A stretch of 64,000 bases of DNA from the NCBI GenBank assembly GCA_021796415.1, contig JAJYJC010000002.1:7983-71982 (forward strand), in the 5' to 3' direction. The notes below the pieces were generated by a model that was given only the letters and a program-made list of their open reading frames with translations, was not told the origin of the DNA and searched no databases. The position numbers and the translations under genes are program-made. Shown here one piece after another: positions 28,124-38,747 of the stretch (its first letter is position 1; each line of letters begins with the position of its first letter). The stretch is from a bacterium (GTDB lineage: Bacteria > Patescibacteriota > CPR2 > UBA1875 > JAJYID01).

Positions 28124-29194
28124 TTAACTATCGATGATTTTATCGATTTCTTTTTTAATCTCTGCTCCTCTGCAGTGACTTAAAATCCCTAAATATGATT
28201 GAACCATTTGCTTGAAAGATTGCTGGTCTTCTTCACTCCCGGAAAGCAAATACTTTTTTGCTCTAATCTTCCTCAGCATTCTTTTCTTGGTCTTTGTTCT
28301 AAGGATTATATGGTATGGAAAAACAACATAACCCAAAAAGTCAATTCCTTGGCTAAACTTTCTGAGAACAATTTTGTCCGAATGAAGTTGTAGGCGAAGT
28401 TCTTTTTTTAAGAAATGAGCTAATGTTGGTATCAGTTTTTCTAGATGTTTGACATCTGTGCTCAAGATCACAAAGTCGTCTGCATAACGGATGTAATATT
28501 TCTCCTTGAGATTTCTTTTGACAAATTGATCAAGGGCATTCAAATAGACATTAGAGAAAAGCTGGCTGGTGAGATTTCCCAAAGGTATACCTCGCCTTGG
28601 TTCATTCTTTAGCTGATTTGTATTGAAACTCTCTATAATCTCTTCTAGTAAAGCTATCAGGTCTTTTTCTTGAATCACCTTTTCAATTAGGTTTAAAAGT
28701 ATGTCGTGATCAACTGAATCAAAAAATTTCCTTATATCGCACTTCAAAACCCAGACAGTTCTTGTATTATTTTTAGATAGTTTCCACGCAAAATATCGAA
28801 GGCGGTGAACTGCCTTATGCGTCCCTTTTTCTTTTCGGCTGGAGTACGAGTCAAAAATAAATTTCTTTTCAAAAACAGCTTCAATGACGCGGAAAATAGC
28901 GTGATGTAAAACCCGATCAAGAACCAGAGCCTTATTGATGGTTCTAAGTTTTGGGTCAGTGACATAAAATGTTGTATAATCAGAATGTCGATAACAATTA
29001 TTTTTCAGCTCATTGTGAAGTTTGTAAATTTGATTTTCAGGATTTAGGGCAAATGCCTGAACATCTAGCTTGCTTTCTTTACCCTTTTTAAATTCTCTCC
29101 AGGCGGAGAAGAGATTTTCCAATGATATTATTTGATCAAACAAACTATGACAACCACTCCTGACAACAGATTTTCCGATATTTCGATTATTCAT
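28124..29194 (-). CDS. DGR reverse transcriptase (start may be TTG at 29143)
   Basis: DRVLHHA, KCDIRKFFDSVDH, GIPLGNLTSQ, RYADDF, GIDFLGY; no maturase or endonuclease domain. Confidence 0.96.
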   Translation of the reverse strand: MNNRNIGKSVVRSGCHSLFDQIISLENLFSAWREFKKGKESKLDVQAFALNPENQIYKLHNELKNNCYRHSDYTTFYVTDPKLRTINKALVLDRVLHHAIFRVIEAVFEKKFIFDSYSSRKEKGTHKAVHRLRYFAWKLSKNNTRTVWVLKCDIRKFFDSVDHDILLNLIEKVIQEKDLIALLEEIIESFNTNQLKNEPRRGIPLGNLTSQLFSNVYLNALDQFVKRNLKEKYYIRYADDFVILSTDVKHLEKLIPTLAHFLKKELRLQLHSDKIVLRKFSQGIDFLGYVVFPYHIILRTKTKKRMLRKIRAKKYLLSGSEEDQQSFKQMVQSYLGILSHCRGAEIKKEIDKIIDS

Positions 29195-29512
29195 AAAACC
29201 TACAAGTTTTATCTTGCTTTATATTCCACAAATCAGTTTTTACCAAAGAGAGATCGATATACTCTTGGGGTGAAAGCCGAAAATATTAGTTTGGAGATTC
29301 TTGAAACGTTATATTTAGCCAATTCTAAAGCTGGCAATATCCGCCTAGAACTGCTAGAAAAAGCCGATGTGAAGTTAAAAGTTCTCCAAGCAGTCATACG
29401 CCTTTGCCACGATACAAAAGCGCTTGATCAAAACAAATATCTTGCTTTGCAGTCTGCATTGCAAGAAATAGGGAAAATGCTTGGAGGTTGGATAAAAACT
29501 ACAAAAAGTTAG
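29147..29512 (+). CDS. avd: DGR accessory protein Avd (four-helix bundle)
   Basis: FLPKRDRYTLG and EIGKMLGGW signatures; sits between RT and TR. Confidence 0.9.
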   Translation: MTTTPDNRFSDISIIHKTYKFYLALYSTNQFLPKRDRYTLGVKAENISLEILETLYLANSKAGNIRLELLEKADVKLKVLQAVIRLCHDTKALDQNKYLALQSALQEIGKMLGGWIKTTKS

Positions 29513-29630
29513 ACTTCGGAGAAAGAAACGCCCAGATTGTCATTCCGATTGTCGGGACTGTTCCTGTTGACATTCACGCCCTTGGCATCGAAGTTGCCCA
29601 CATTGACCAGCTTGCCGTCAGAGTCACGCG
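29513..29630 (-). repeat. DGR template repeat (TR) including IMH*
   Basis: Core 29518-29630 has 27 adenines, all at codon positions 1-2, including 8 AAY codons. Confidence 0.97.
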
Positions 29631-29635
29631 TTTCT

Positions 29636-29744
29636 TTACACTTTTCCATCTAAGCAAGGGTAATGTGATGAGGATTCTCAAAAAATTGTTTCAAAACATT
29701 ACCTGTTTGAAAATGCGGTGACCAATCACGCCAGAAAAGTGTAA
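29636..29744 (-). ncRNA. Structured 5' leader of the TR RNA
   Basis: 11-bp perfect closing stem 29636-46/29734-44; inner stems GGTAATGT/ACATTACC and GTGA/TCAC. Confidence 0.6.
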
Positions 29745-29751
29745 GCAGTCT

Positions 29752-29780
29752 ATACTATCTTTGCGAGATATATCCGTAAA
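29752..29780 (-). promoter_or_regulatory. Sigma-70-type promoter for the TR(-RT) transcript
   Basis: TTTACG-17 nt-TAGTAT; predicted +1 near 29745, at the leader stem. Confidence 0.6.
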
Positions 29781-29895
29781 CATATCTTCATTGCTTAAAC
29801 ATTTTATCACAATTTGGCTTTTATAAACAGAAAGCTACCAAAAGATAACTTTTTTGTATACTTGTCTTCTGATTTCATAAGGGTAAAATGGGCAT

Positions 29896-30069
29896 ATGAA
29901 AAAGGCAGAATTTTTAAAAGAATTTGATAAATATTCCGAGAAGTTTCTTGATGCTATACCAAGACAAGCACTAGGGTATAGCCAATGGCTGATGATGGCC
30001 GATGATTTCAGAATGTTCGTGGAGACCGGTAAACTGCCAAATCAGCTTAATGAAGAAAATACCAAATAA
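29896..30069 (+). CDS. Hypothetical protein (57 aa, MKKAEFLKEF...)
   Basis: Manual translation; below the ORF track cutoff. Confidence 0.5.
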   Translation: MKKAEFLKEFDKYSEKFLDAIPRQALGYSQWLMMADDFRMFVETGKLPNQLNEENTK

Positions 30070-30073
30070 TACT

Positions 30074-30445
30074 CTACTTATGGCCTTCAGTTAATATTTT
30101 TAGCTCATTTGTAATTTTAATCAACTCAAGTGTGATATGGGTGATGAGACCTTTCTCTGTCTCGATATAAGCCATTTCGAGGGAGATTTTCTTACCATCT
30201 TTCTTAAAATATTTTTGGACCATTTTTGCATGTTTCTTATCAATTTTTCCGCCTTCTTCAATGTCCTGATAAATTTCTTCCCATATTTTCAGGGCTTTAC
30301 TCAGGGTAATAAATCTCGAGGCGTCTTCATATGTGAACGCACGGTGAAATCTCTCTGAAAGCTTCTCTATGGCGACTTCAACCTCAAGCTTCGTAGGCTC
30401 CGGGAGATCAGAGTAGTCCATTGATAGTAAATGATCATTATTCAT
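30074..30445 (-). CDS. Hypothetical protein
   Basis: 123-aa ORF co-oriented with the PLD gene. Confidence 0.7.
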   Translation of the reverse strand: MNNDHLLSMDYSDLPEPTKLEVEVAIEKLSERFHRAFTYEDASRFITLSKALKIWEEIYQDIEEGGKIDKKHAKMVQKYFKKDGKKISLEMAYIETEKGLITHITLELIKITNELKILTEGHK

Positions 30446-30451
30446 GATTAA

Positions 30452-31045
30452 TTATCCTAAAATAATGCTTATTATATTAAATACAGCTACGATACTTTTA
30501 ACCAATATTACCATAACTTGGCGCATAACCGCGAATAATCCGGAAAACATGCCCTTTAAAATAAACTCTAATATAGACGCTCTAGTGCCGGCCATTAGTT
30601 TTAAATTGCCGTCTAAATCCAGGTGCGATATAATCTGAGCAGTCAACGCCTCATCTTCTGTTCTTGTCATTAACTCTCTGCTTGATCTTTGGGAGAGAAT
30701 ATTCATACTTCCTGTCCAAAGAATCTTTTTGTCAATCACGGCTACTTTTTCATGTATAGAACCTTCGAGAAAAACCACTTTCGCCCCTAAATTCTCATAG
30801 ATTTGGGCAGCGGCTCTAGCTTCTTCTTGAACATATTCTTCATGTTCTCCAATAGGTCGGGTAAATATAAAAAGTTTAATGTTTTTAATCCTCAGTCTAA
30901 CAAAGGTCTTCCTGAAGAAATCAGCCCGATGCTTCGTAATAAAAGGACTATAAATAATAACCTCTTTCTCGGCTTTCAGTATATCTTTTGTAAAAGCCGG
31001 GTAAAAAGTGCGTTCGTTATAGATTGTTGTTGTTTGGTTTATCAA
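30452..31045 (-). CDS. Phospholipase D-like (single HKD) nuclease-fold protein
   Basis: IYSPFI and HEKVAVIDKKILWTGSMN. Confidence 0.85.
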   Translation of the reverse strand: MINQTTTIYNERTFYPAFTKDILKAEKEVIIYSPFITKHRADFFRKTFVRLRIKNIKLFIFTRPIGEHEEYVQEEARAAAQIYENLGAKVVFLEGSIHEKVAVIDKKILWTGSMNILSQRSSRELMTRTEDEALTAQIISHLDLDGNLKLMAGTRASILEFILKGMFSGLFAVMRQVMVILVKSIVAVFNIISIILG

Positions 31046-31108
31046 TTTTTCTCCTTTGGTTTGTTTTTATATAGAAATTATCACTATAGTTTGTTAAAAT
31101 ACGTTTAT

Positions 31109-31315
31109 ATGAAGAATAAAGAAGCCGTAAAAATCGGGAAAGAGCTTAGGAAGGCTCGCGAGGCGACCGGTCTAACTCAAGCCGAAGTGGCCGGAAAAGC
31201 GGGAATTACCACGAATTATTACGCTATGGTCGAGCGCGGGGAAAAGAATATTACTTACAAGAAGATGCAGCGTATTTTAAAGGTGCTCAACGTAAAATCA
31301 CTGGACAACGGCTAA
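31109..31315 (+). CDS. XRE-family HTH regulator
   Basis: LRKAREATGLTQAEVAGKAGITTNYYAMVERGEKN. Confidence 0.9.
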   Translation: MKNKEAVKIGKELRKAREATGLTQAEVAGKAGITTNYYAMVERGEKNITYKKMQRILKVLNVKSLDNG

Positions 31316-31521
31316 ATCCCGTCCAGTTTCATTATCTTGTTCTTCGTAAATAACCTTTAGGAAAGGCTCCCACTCAAGAGCAATCTCAATGAGGTGTTCC
31401 AAGTTCTGTGAGTACGCTCCACCAGCAAGAATCCATCTAAGCGGATGGGTTTTTGTTTTTATGGATATTGTCAGTGTTAAGCGTGTGGATTAAGATATAG
31501 AAAATAAAAAGGAGAATTGTT

Positions 31522-31986
31522 ATGGCATACAAAGTTGATTTTAACAATGTATCTACGGCTGGGCTTGAGTCTTCGCCGGTTGCCGAGGCGCTTGCGGGCT
31601 TGAGGGCAAACGAAGCACGTTATTTCAAGAATAAGTATAATTATGATTTTACCGTTGTGCCGGCTAGTGAAAGCCAGGACGTGATAGATTACGTAAACCG
31701 TATTTTGAAAGAGGAGCGCAATATTGAGTTTGCAACCAAACCCCTGGAGACGTCGCAAACTCAGGTAGAAAATATCAAGTGGACTCATGTATTTTACGAA
31801 GATGGTCTTGGGGTAAATGTCTTGTACACTATTAACGACCCGAAGAAGCGGGCGGTCGGCTTCAAACTTTCTGAAGGCATGGAAGTGCCAAAGGAGCTGG
31901 AGGGAAAGTTCAAATTTGCTAGGCAGAGATCCAAACTGGCCGGAACCATCCGCGGCTCGTTCTTTGTCATTAAGGGAGAATATTAA
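31522..31986 (+). CDS. Conserved hypothetical protein
   Basis: AAGGAG RBS; LAGLRANEARYF and KRAVGFKLS motifs. Confidence 0.8.
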   Translation: MAYKVDFNNVSTAGLESSPVAEALAGLRANEARYFKNKYNYDFTVVPASESQDVIDYVNRILKEERNIEFATKPLETSQTQVENIKWTHVFYEDGLGVNVLYTINDPKKRAVGFKLSEGMEVPKELEGKFKFARQRSKLAGTIRGSFFVIKGEY

Positions 31987-32304
31987 ATAATGGAATCTCT
32001 TTCTTCCTGTCTTGCCGTCTTTGATATGAAGCGCCACGGCCGCGAGTAGGAAAATCGACAGAATTTGGAGAAATAATCTGCCAAACTCCGCAATAATTGT
32101 TTTGGGTGTGATATTTATTATTTTGACTGTCATTGGCGCGCTTCTTCCATTTGTGCCTGGATTTATATTCCTTATTATTGGTATAATGCTTCTTGGTGAA
32201 GAGTTCTGCCTAAGCCGATGGATTATGGAAAAATCGCCGCAGAAATTGAGAAAAAAATCGAAAAAATGCCTTTCGTAATATGTGATGGCAATGGAAAACA
32301 ATAA

Positions 32305-32877
32305 ATGATCACCCCTGAATTATTAGATTATATAAAGCAACAGTTCATAACGGGTGTTTCTGAGAGAAATGTCAGGAATACACTTTTCGAAAACTCTTGG
32401 ATGAAAGAGGATGTTGACGAAGCCATCAGTTATGTCAAAAAAATAACCGCCTCAAAAAGCAGTAAAAAGAAAAAATTATTAATACTTTCAGGAACTTTTT
32501 TTGTAATTTTCATCGCTTTCATTTTACTATGCATATTTTTTGCATTAAGCCAAACTAAGGTTACTGAAACGAAAAATGAAACAGGTTTTGCTGTTCAGAG
32601 GTCTGACGACGGACAAAGAATAGCCGATCTATTAAAAATTCAAAAAGAATTAGAAGACTATTATGCAAAAAATAATAAATATCCTGGTTCTCTGAACGAG
32701 TTAAGTGATGTTCCGAAAAATCCCTCCGGGGGGAATTATGCATATAATCCGATTGGGAATCCTTCAACCTCTTACACTTTAAATGCCCAGATAGAAGGCA
32801 CCGCAGATAGTCAGATTAGTATCAAGGGCGGATTTCTAACCCTGAAAAACCAACAGGGGAAAAATCAATGCTTGTAA
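32305..32877 (+). CDS. Membrane-anchored pseudopilin/T2SS-G-like protein
   Basis: TM helix then D.QRIADL.KIQKELEDYY..N.KYP..L. Confidence 0.6.
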   Translation: MITPELLDYIKQQFITGVSERNVRNTLFENSWMKEDVDEAISYVKKITASKSSKKKKLLILSGTFFVIFIAFILLCIFFALSQTKVTETKNETGFAVQRSDDGQRIADLLKIQKELEDYYAKNNKYPGSLNELSDVPKNPSGGNYAYNPIGNPSTSYTLNAQIEGTADSQISIKGGFLTLKNQQGKNQCL

Positions 32878-33281
32878 CAACTCACACCGTCATAGCTGCG
32901 ACGGTTGCTATAAAAACCGGCAATCCTTACTTATACTTTCCGTTTGCTGCCGCCGATCATTTCGCCTTTGACACCATGCCTCACTTTGGCGGGGATTGGG
33001 TAAACAAAAATCTTAAACTGGTCACGGCTCTGGATGCCATCGTCGGCATCTCAATTTTTCTGGCCATTGCTTTTTTTACCCATTCAAAATTTTCTGTTTT
33101 AATTCTTTTTGCGGTTTGCCTACTTGCCGGCTGGCCGGATCTCATCTGGCTGACAAAGCGAAAACACTTTCCGAAGTTTAAAAAATGGCATGCCGGAATA
33201 CAAAAGTTTGAGACTTCTCCGGGGATTATTCTTGAGATTGCAGTAGTTTTGTTTTGTTTGTTGTTGATTTTTGTTTTCTAA
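32868..33281 (+). CDS. Membrane protein, possible metal-dependent hydrolase
   Basis: TH, DHFAFDTMPH, WPD, WH..IQ motifs with TM helices. Confidence 0.65.
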   Translation: MLVTTHTVIAATVAIKTGNPYLYFPFAAADHFAFDTMPHFGGDWVNKNLKLVTALDAIVGISIFLAIAFFTHSKFSVLILFAVCLLAGWPDLIWLTKRKHFPKFKKWHAGIQKFETSPGIILEIAVVLFCLLLIFVF

Positions 33282-33316
33282 ACCTTTATAATAATTGTCC
33301 AAAAAGAGGAGTGACT

Positions 33317-33742
33317 ATGCTTGAAGAATTTGATAAAGGCGTTTTTCTGGTTAATCTGCTTGGAATTATTTATGACCCAAAGAGTAGGAAAATTTTAATT
33401 GGGCGAAGAGAAAACGATCTTCACTTCAGGGGGCTTTCTTGGGTATTTCCGGGTGGAAGGCCGGGCTACGATAAAGATTTGGAACAACATTTAGAAAACG
33501 AAATAGAGGAAAAGACTGGGCTTGAAGTTAGAGTTAAAAATGTTGTTTTCGCAAAAACCTATCCGGAAAAGAGAGAATTTCTTTCTGTTTACTACTATTG
33601 CGAATATGGAGTGATTAGTGGCGAGGAGAAACCGGGAGGTGGGTTGGTCGAACTGAAATGGGTTAAGCCAAGCGAGGTTAAAAATTATTTCACAACTTCT
33701 TTGCACCCTAAACTTTTGAAATATCTTAAAAGTCTATATTAG
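33317..33742 (+). CDS. NUDIX hydrolase
   Basis: WVFPGG...ENEIEEKTGL Nudix box. Confidence 0.85.
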   Translation: MLEEFDKGVFLVNLLGIIYDPKSRKILIGRRENDLHFRGLSWVFPGGRPGYDKDLEQHLENEIEEKTGLEVRVKNVVFAKTYPEKREFLSVYYYCEYGVISGEEKPGGGLVELKWVKPSEVKNYFTTSLHPKLLKYLKSLY

Positions 33743-34992
33743 GCAGCCTCTTCTTCGTCTTTCGCCTCCTTAACTCTTGTCAATCTGTCTGGCGCACTTT
33801 CAAGTTGCCAAACCTGCATAGAAAGTCTCTTCGCAAGAGAGTTGAAAAGTTTGGGATTATTAGATTCTTTTACCTTTTTAATAATATGATCCAAGTCTTT
33901 TTCTATTAATTCATCTCCAATGGCTTCCACCCAACCATCATCTCTCTTGTTTTTCGGTTTGGCTGCCTCGGTCTGAAAAATCTTATCCACGACTTGCTTA
34001 TCATTTTTCATTTGTTCAGCAAGTCTAAGAACATCAGGTTCCAGCTCAATTGCTTTTTTGAGGATGTCTTCATCAATCGGTCTATCTTTGGGCCAGTTAG
34101 CGATTATGGTATAGGCTTCATCGGGCCACTCGTCTAACATAGAAGAAACAAACTCGGGGTCCGATCTCAGTTCGGCACTTGCTTCCTTGAAGGGCGTTAG
34201 CGGCAATAAATGTGGATGAGCGGTTTTTCTGCAAGCTTCCTTTATGAAGTCTCTGTCCGATCTTAGTCCCTCGCTTGCTCTTTCGGTAATACCCCTGATA
34301 TAACCGCCAGCGCCACGAGCGCCTCTATAATATTCTTGAGTGTGTTCCATAAAGTTTAGTATAAATTGTTTGTCTCCTTTGAGATCATCTGATGCGAATT
34401 CAAACAAGTCCTTTGCTCTCATTCCTTGCATTCTATCAATAGCCTTGCCGAAGAATCCTTCATTGGATCGTAAGGGGTTTTCGTATATTTTTTCCTTATC
34501 TAATCCGCCCCTGGCATAGGTTTCCACAACATGTGGCGTTAAAAGCTCAGTCATTCTCCCCCTAGCCCCTGCTCCTATTGTTGGGTTTTTCTCCAGAGCG
34601 CTTAGGACAAAATTTTCGTTTGTGAGAGACACAGATGATGCAAACTCTAGCACTCTTTCCACTCCGTTAGGGCCGGGGTCTTCTAGGCGCTCCATATCTA
34701 TACCTAGGCTCATGTTATCAAGCTCTGCTTGTGCTTGCAGAAGTTCCTGAGGAGATGCCTCTTCTTCCCCGGTACGTGCGTATTGTTTGTGTAAAATGGC
34801 TGCTATCTCTGCTAATTTTTGGTAATTGCTAGCTTCTTTAGTTATAAAACCGCCTTCTGCATCTGCGTATTTTCCTTGTTGATCTTCTGGTAGATCGGCT
34901 ACAGTTTTATATTCTTCTGCGCTCGGATCAAATCCGCATTCCCTGTTTTCTGCTCCAAACATAATATTCCCCTCATTATTGTTATGCATCAA
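33739..34992 (-). CDS. DUF4116-like helical repeat protein
   Basis: Repeats ASDDLKGDKQFI, ASEGLRSDRDFI, ASAELRSDPEFV. Confidence 0.7.
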   Translation of the reverse strand: MMHNNNEGNIMFGAENRECGFDPSAEEYKTVADLPEDQQGKYADAEGGFITKEASNYQKLAEIAAILHKQYARTGEEEASPQELLQAQAELDNMSLGIDMERLEDPGPNGVERVLEFASSVSLTNENFVLSALEKNPTIGAGARGRMTELLTPHVVETYARGGLDKEKIYENPLRSNEGFFGKAIDRMQGMRAKDLFEFASDDLKGDKQFILNFMEHTQEYYRGARGAGGYIRGITERASEGLRSDRDFIKEACRKTAHPHLLPLTPFKEASAELRSDPEFVSSMLDEWPDEAYTIIANWPKDRPIDEDILKKAIELEPDVLRLAEQMKNDKQVVDKIFQTEAAKPKNKRDDGWVEAIGDELIEKDLDHIIKKVKESNNPKLFNSLAKRLSMQVWQLESAPDRLTRVKEAKDEEEAA

Positions 34993-35284
34993 TAATAAAA
35001 TTATATATAGTTCTAGTAAAGGATTTTTTATATAAAAAAGACAATAAAAAGCTTGATTTATTTTTTTAAGTTTGCTAAACTTTATAAAGCTAATAAAAAC
35101 AGGTCATTTATGACAAACGAAACGACAACTAAATACAGAGTGGACGGAAGCGGCTGTTAGCCAAAAAATTAAGTTGCTTTAAGGAAGTCCGCTAAAGGCG
35201 GATTTTTAAATTGTTTTGGCAAATTGGCGTGAAAAGATTTCAAATCGATTCAGCCGAAACAATTCGCGCCTCGCGCGAAAGTAT

Positions 35285-35349
35285 ACAGTATCCCGTATTC
35301 AGTATTGAGGTTTTATACCGAATGCACAATACTCGATACCCAATACTGT
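35285..35349. repeat. 7-nt-periodic palindromic element (further copies at ~35561-35631, 38474-38548, 40593-40664)
   Basis: CAGTAT..GTATTCAGTATTG..CAATACACAATACTC.ATAC.CAATACTG. Confidence 0.8.
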
Positions 35350-36417
35350 CAAGCGAGCATTGCGAGTTAAGATCGGACTTTGACAACTGAATACAGATAC
35401 ATGCTAATCCTTAAGGATTCAAGGTCGGATGTTAAATTTTTAATTTTGCATTTTGAATTTTGAATTACAGTATGTATCTTAGGGTAAACGAAATATTACA
35501 ATTTCAAATCCAGTTGATGATTACTGGTTAAGTTCGTGTCTCACTTTCGTTCGACAACGAACAGTATGCGGTATTCTGTATTCAGTATTGAGGAATTAAT
35601 CCCAATACACAATACTCGATACGCAATACTGATTATTCGCGAGCGGTAGCGAGATACGAATAAATCATCATTAAGTCAAGAAAGAGCATATGGTGGATGC
35701 CTTGGGATTTCAGGCCGATGAAGGACGTAGTAAGCTGCGATAAGCTTCGGGGAAGTGCTAAACAACTTTTGATCCGGAGATTTCCGAATGGAGCAATCCG
35801 GCTCGGGTTATGCCGAGTCACACTTAGCTGAATACATAGGCTATTTGAGGGCACGCGGAGAACTGAAACATCTTAGTACCCGCAGGAAAAGATATCAACC
35901 GATATTCCGTCAGTAGTGGCGAGCGAAAGCGGAAAAGCCAAAACTTTTTTAATGTTAAAGCTTATGGGCGTTGTTAAAAAAGTGTTGTGAGGTAGATACA
36001 CTCCTTTTTGGAGGTTAGATTTGGGACACTGGCTTGTGCTTTGCACAAGGAAATTCAAAGTACTAAATCCGAAATCCGAAACAAAACTTCAAATTCAAAA
36101 TACTAAACTAGAAACGTGTTTAGAACATTTGAATTTAGATATTAGATATTGTTTCGTGCTTCGAGATTAGAATTTAGGATTTTCTCGCGTAAAGCGCGAG
36201 TTTAGCTCCAAAACTAATACCAGGATCCATAAATCTTGGGTAAGGTAAGAAAACGAGAGTTTTAATGGAATATTCTGGAAAGAATAACCATAGAGGGTGA
36301 TAGTCCCGTACGTAAAAAAACTTTTGTCCTTATGTATTTATTCTCTAGTACTACGGAGCCCGTGAAACTCTGTAGGAATCTGGGTGGACCACCATCCAAG
36401 GCTAAATACCTGAAATC

Positions 36418-36462
<45 letters not shown>

Positions 36463-36514
36463 TGTTAGGGGAGTGAAATAGAATCTGAAACCGTATGCTT
36501 ACAGACGGTCGGAG

Positions 36515-36663
36515 CCGATACTTTGTATCGGGAATGTCTAATTTCCAATTAGCAATTTCCAGTCAATGAATAAATGTCTAATTTCCAATTTTGGAATTTA
36601 AAGCATTAGGATTTGATTGGACATTAGAAATTGGTCATTGGTAATTCTGATACAGAGTGTCGG
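36515..36663 (+). other. Hairpin insertion (IVS-like) at 23S helix 25
   Basis: CCGATACTTTGTATCGGGAAT...ATTCTGATACAGAGTGTCGG stem filled with 7-nt periodic repeats. Confidence 0.75.
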
Positions 36664-37279
36664 TGACGGCGTGCCTTTTGTAGAATGAGCCAACGAGTTA
36701 CCCCGCACTTTTTGTCTAAGCCGTTCCGCGGTGGAGGCGAAGGGAAACCGAGTGTTAATAGCGCGATTTTAAAAGTGCTGGGTAGACCCGAAACCGGGTG
36801 ACCTATCCATGGGCAGGCTGAAGCGGCGTTAAACCGTCGTGGAGGGCCGAACCCACTTACGTTGCAATGTGAGGGGATGACCTGTGGATAGCGGAGAAAT
36901 TCCAATCGAACCCGGAAATAGCTGGTTCTCTCCGAAATAGCTTTAGGGCTAGCGTCATAAATTCGCTTTTGGAGGTAGAGCACTGACTGGGCTAGGGGGC
37001 ATATAGCTTACCAAACCCAAATAAACTCCGAATTCCGAAAGTTTTATTATGGCAGTCAGAACGTGGGGGCTAAGCTCCACGCTCGAAAGGGAAACAGCCC
37101 AGATCGCCATCTAAGGTCCCTAAGTCTATGCTAAGTGGAAAAGGATGTGAGATCGCATAAACAACCAGGAGGTTGGCTTAGAAGCAGCCATGCCTTTAAA
37201 GAGTGCGTAACAGCTCACTGGTCTAATGCGATTTTGCGCCGAAGATATAACGGGGCTAAGCATAGCACCGAAGATGCGA

Positions 37280-37406
37280 GTTCGCCGTAGGCGAACACAG
37301 AGTAACTAAAGAACCAAGGAACGGAAGAACAAAAAGACAAATTCATTTGTTTTAAGTTTTTCAGTTCTTATGTTCATCTGTTATTTTGTGCTCGTCTATG
37401 GCGAGC
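37280..37406 (+). other. Hairpin insertion (IVS-like) at 23S helix 45
   Basis: GTTCGCCGTAGGCGAACAC...GTGCTCGTCTATGGCGAGC stem with 8-nt periodic repeats. Confidence 0.75.
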
Positions 37407-38288
37407 GGTAGGAGAGCGTTCCATACTGCAGTGAAGCTGAACTGGAAAGTTTGGTGGAGTGTATGGAAGTGAGAATGTTGGCATGAGTAACCAAAATCCC
37501 TGTGAAAAACAGGGACACCGTAAACCCAAGGTTTCCTGGGCAACGATAATCGTCCCAGGGTTAGTCGGTCCTAAGCCGAGGCCGAAAGGCGTAGGCGATG
37601 GACAACAGGTTGATATTCCTGTACTGCTTATTTTGTTCCCACAAGTGACGCAGGATGGTAGCCGGAGCATTTTATGGCTATAGGTGTCTAAGTGTCTAGG
37701 TGCTTCGCTTTTGTTTCGCAAGTGAAAAGTTAAAAATGCAAAGTGAAAAGTTGTCGTATTCTTCGGATGATTTATAATCGTCGCGAAGCGACTCATAAAC
37801 TTTCAACTTTTAAATTTGAACTTTAAATTATTTGCGACGCGTAAGCGGAGCATTGAAGCACGAATGAAATCTCCGTAAAACGAGAAATTCCGGTAAGCCA
37901 AACTGACTAGAAAAGCTTGTGATTAATAGAGATAAGCAACCGTACCGAAAACCAACACAGGTGGGTGGGTAGAGAATACCAAGGTGCTCGGGAGAACCCT
38001 CGTTAAGGAACTCGGCAAAACAGCGGGCGTAACTTCGGGATAAGCCCTGCCTGGGTGTGCCGCTTTGTTCCTGAGAACGAAATGCATAAAAACAAAAAGT
38101 TGAGAAAAGAAGTGAAGACAAGAAACTCGGGAGCATAGCGGCACATCTAGGCCGCAGCGAATGAGTCCAGGCGACTGTTTATCAAAAACACAGGTCTCTG
38201 CTAAATCGTAAGATGAAGTATAGGGGCTGACGCCTGCCCAGTGCTGGAAGGTTAAGTGGATGGGTGCAAGCTCTGAAATGAAGCCCCA

Positions 38289-38747
<459 letters not shown>

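Noticed and set aside
28124..29194. RT as a group II intron maturase or retron
   Set aside because: It has the DGR-type GNLTSQ motif, no maturase or endonuclease domain, and sits beside avd and a TR/VR set with adenine-only mismatches.
29130..29520. avd as an invertible phase-variation switch
   Set aside because: No inverted repeats flank avd, no invertase is in the window, and RT coding sequence abuts or overlaps its start.
26847..29721. ORFs 26847-27053(-), 27914-28117(-) and 29488-29721(+) as a paralogous protein family
   Set aside because: They are antisense readings of VR1, VR2 and the TR.
31477..32301. 274-aa minus-strand ORF, and a prophage reading of 31522-31986
   Set aside because: The long ORF is a shadow of the plus-strand gene, which has a clear RBS. 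No phage structural genes are nearby.
35050..35671. 16S rRNA or spacer tRNAs upstream of the 23S
   Set aside because: No 16S signature sequences or cloverleaf are visible.
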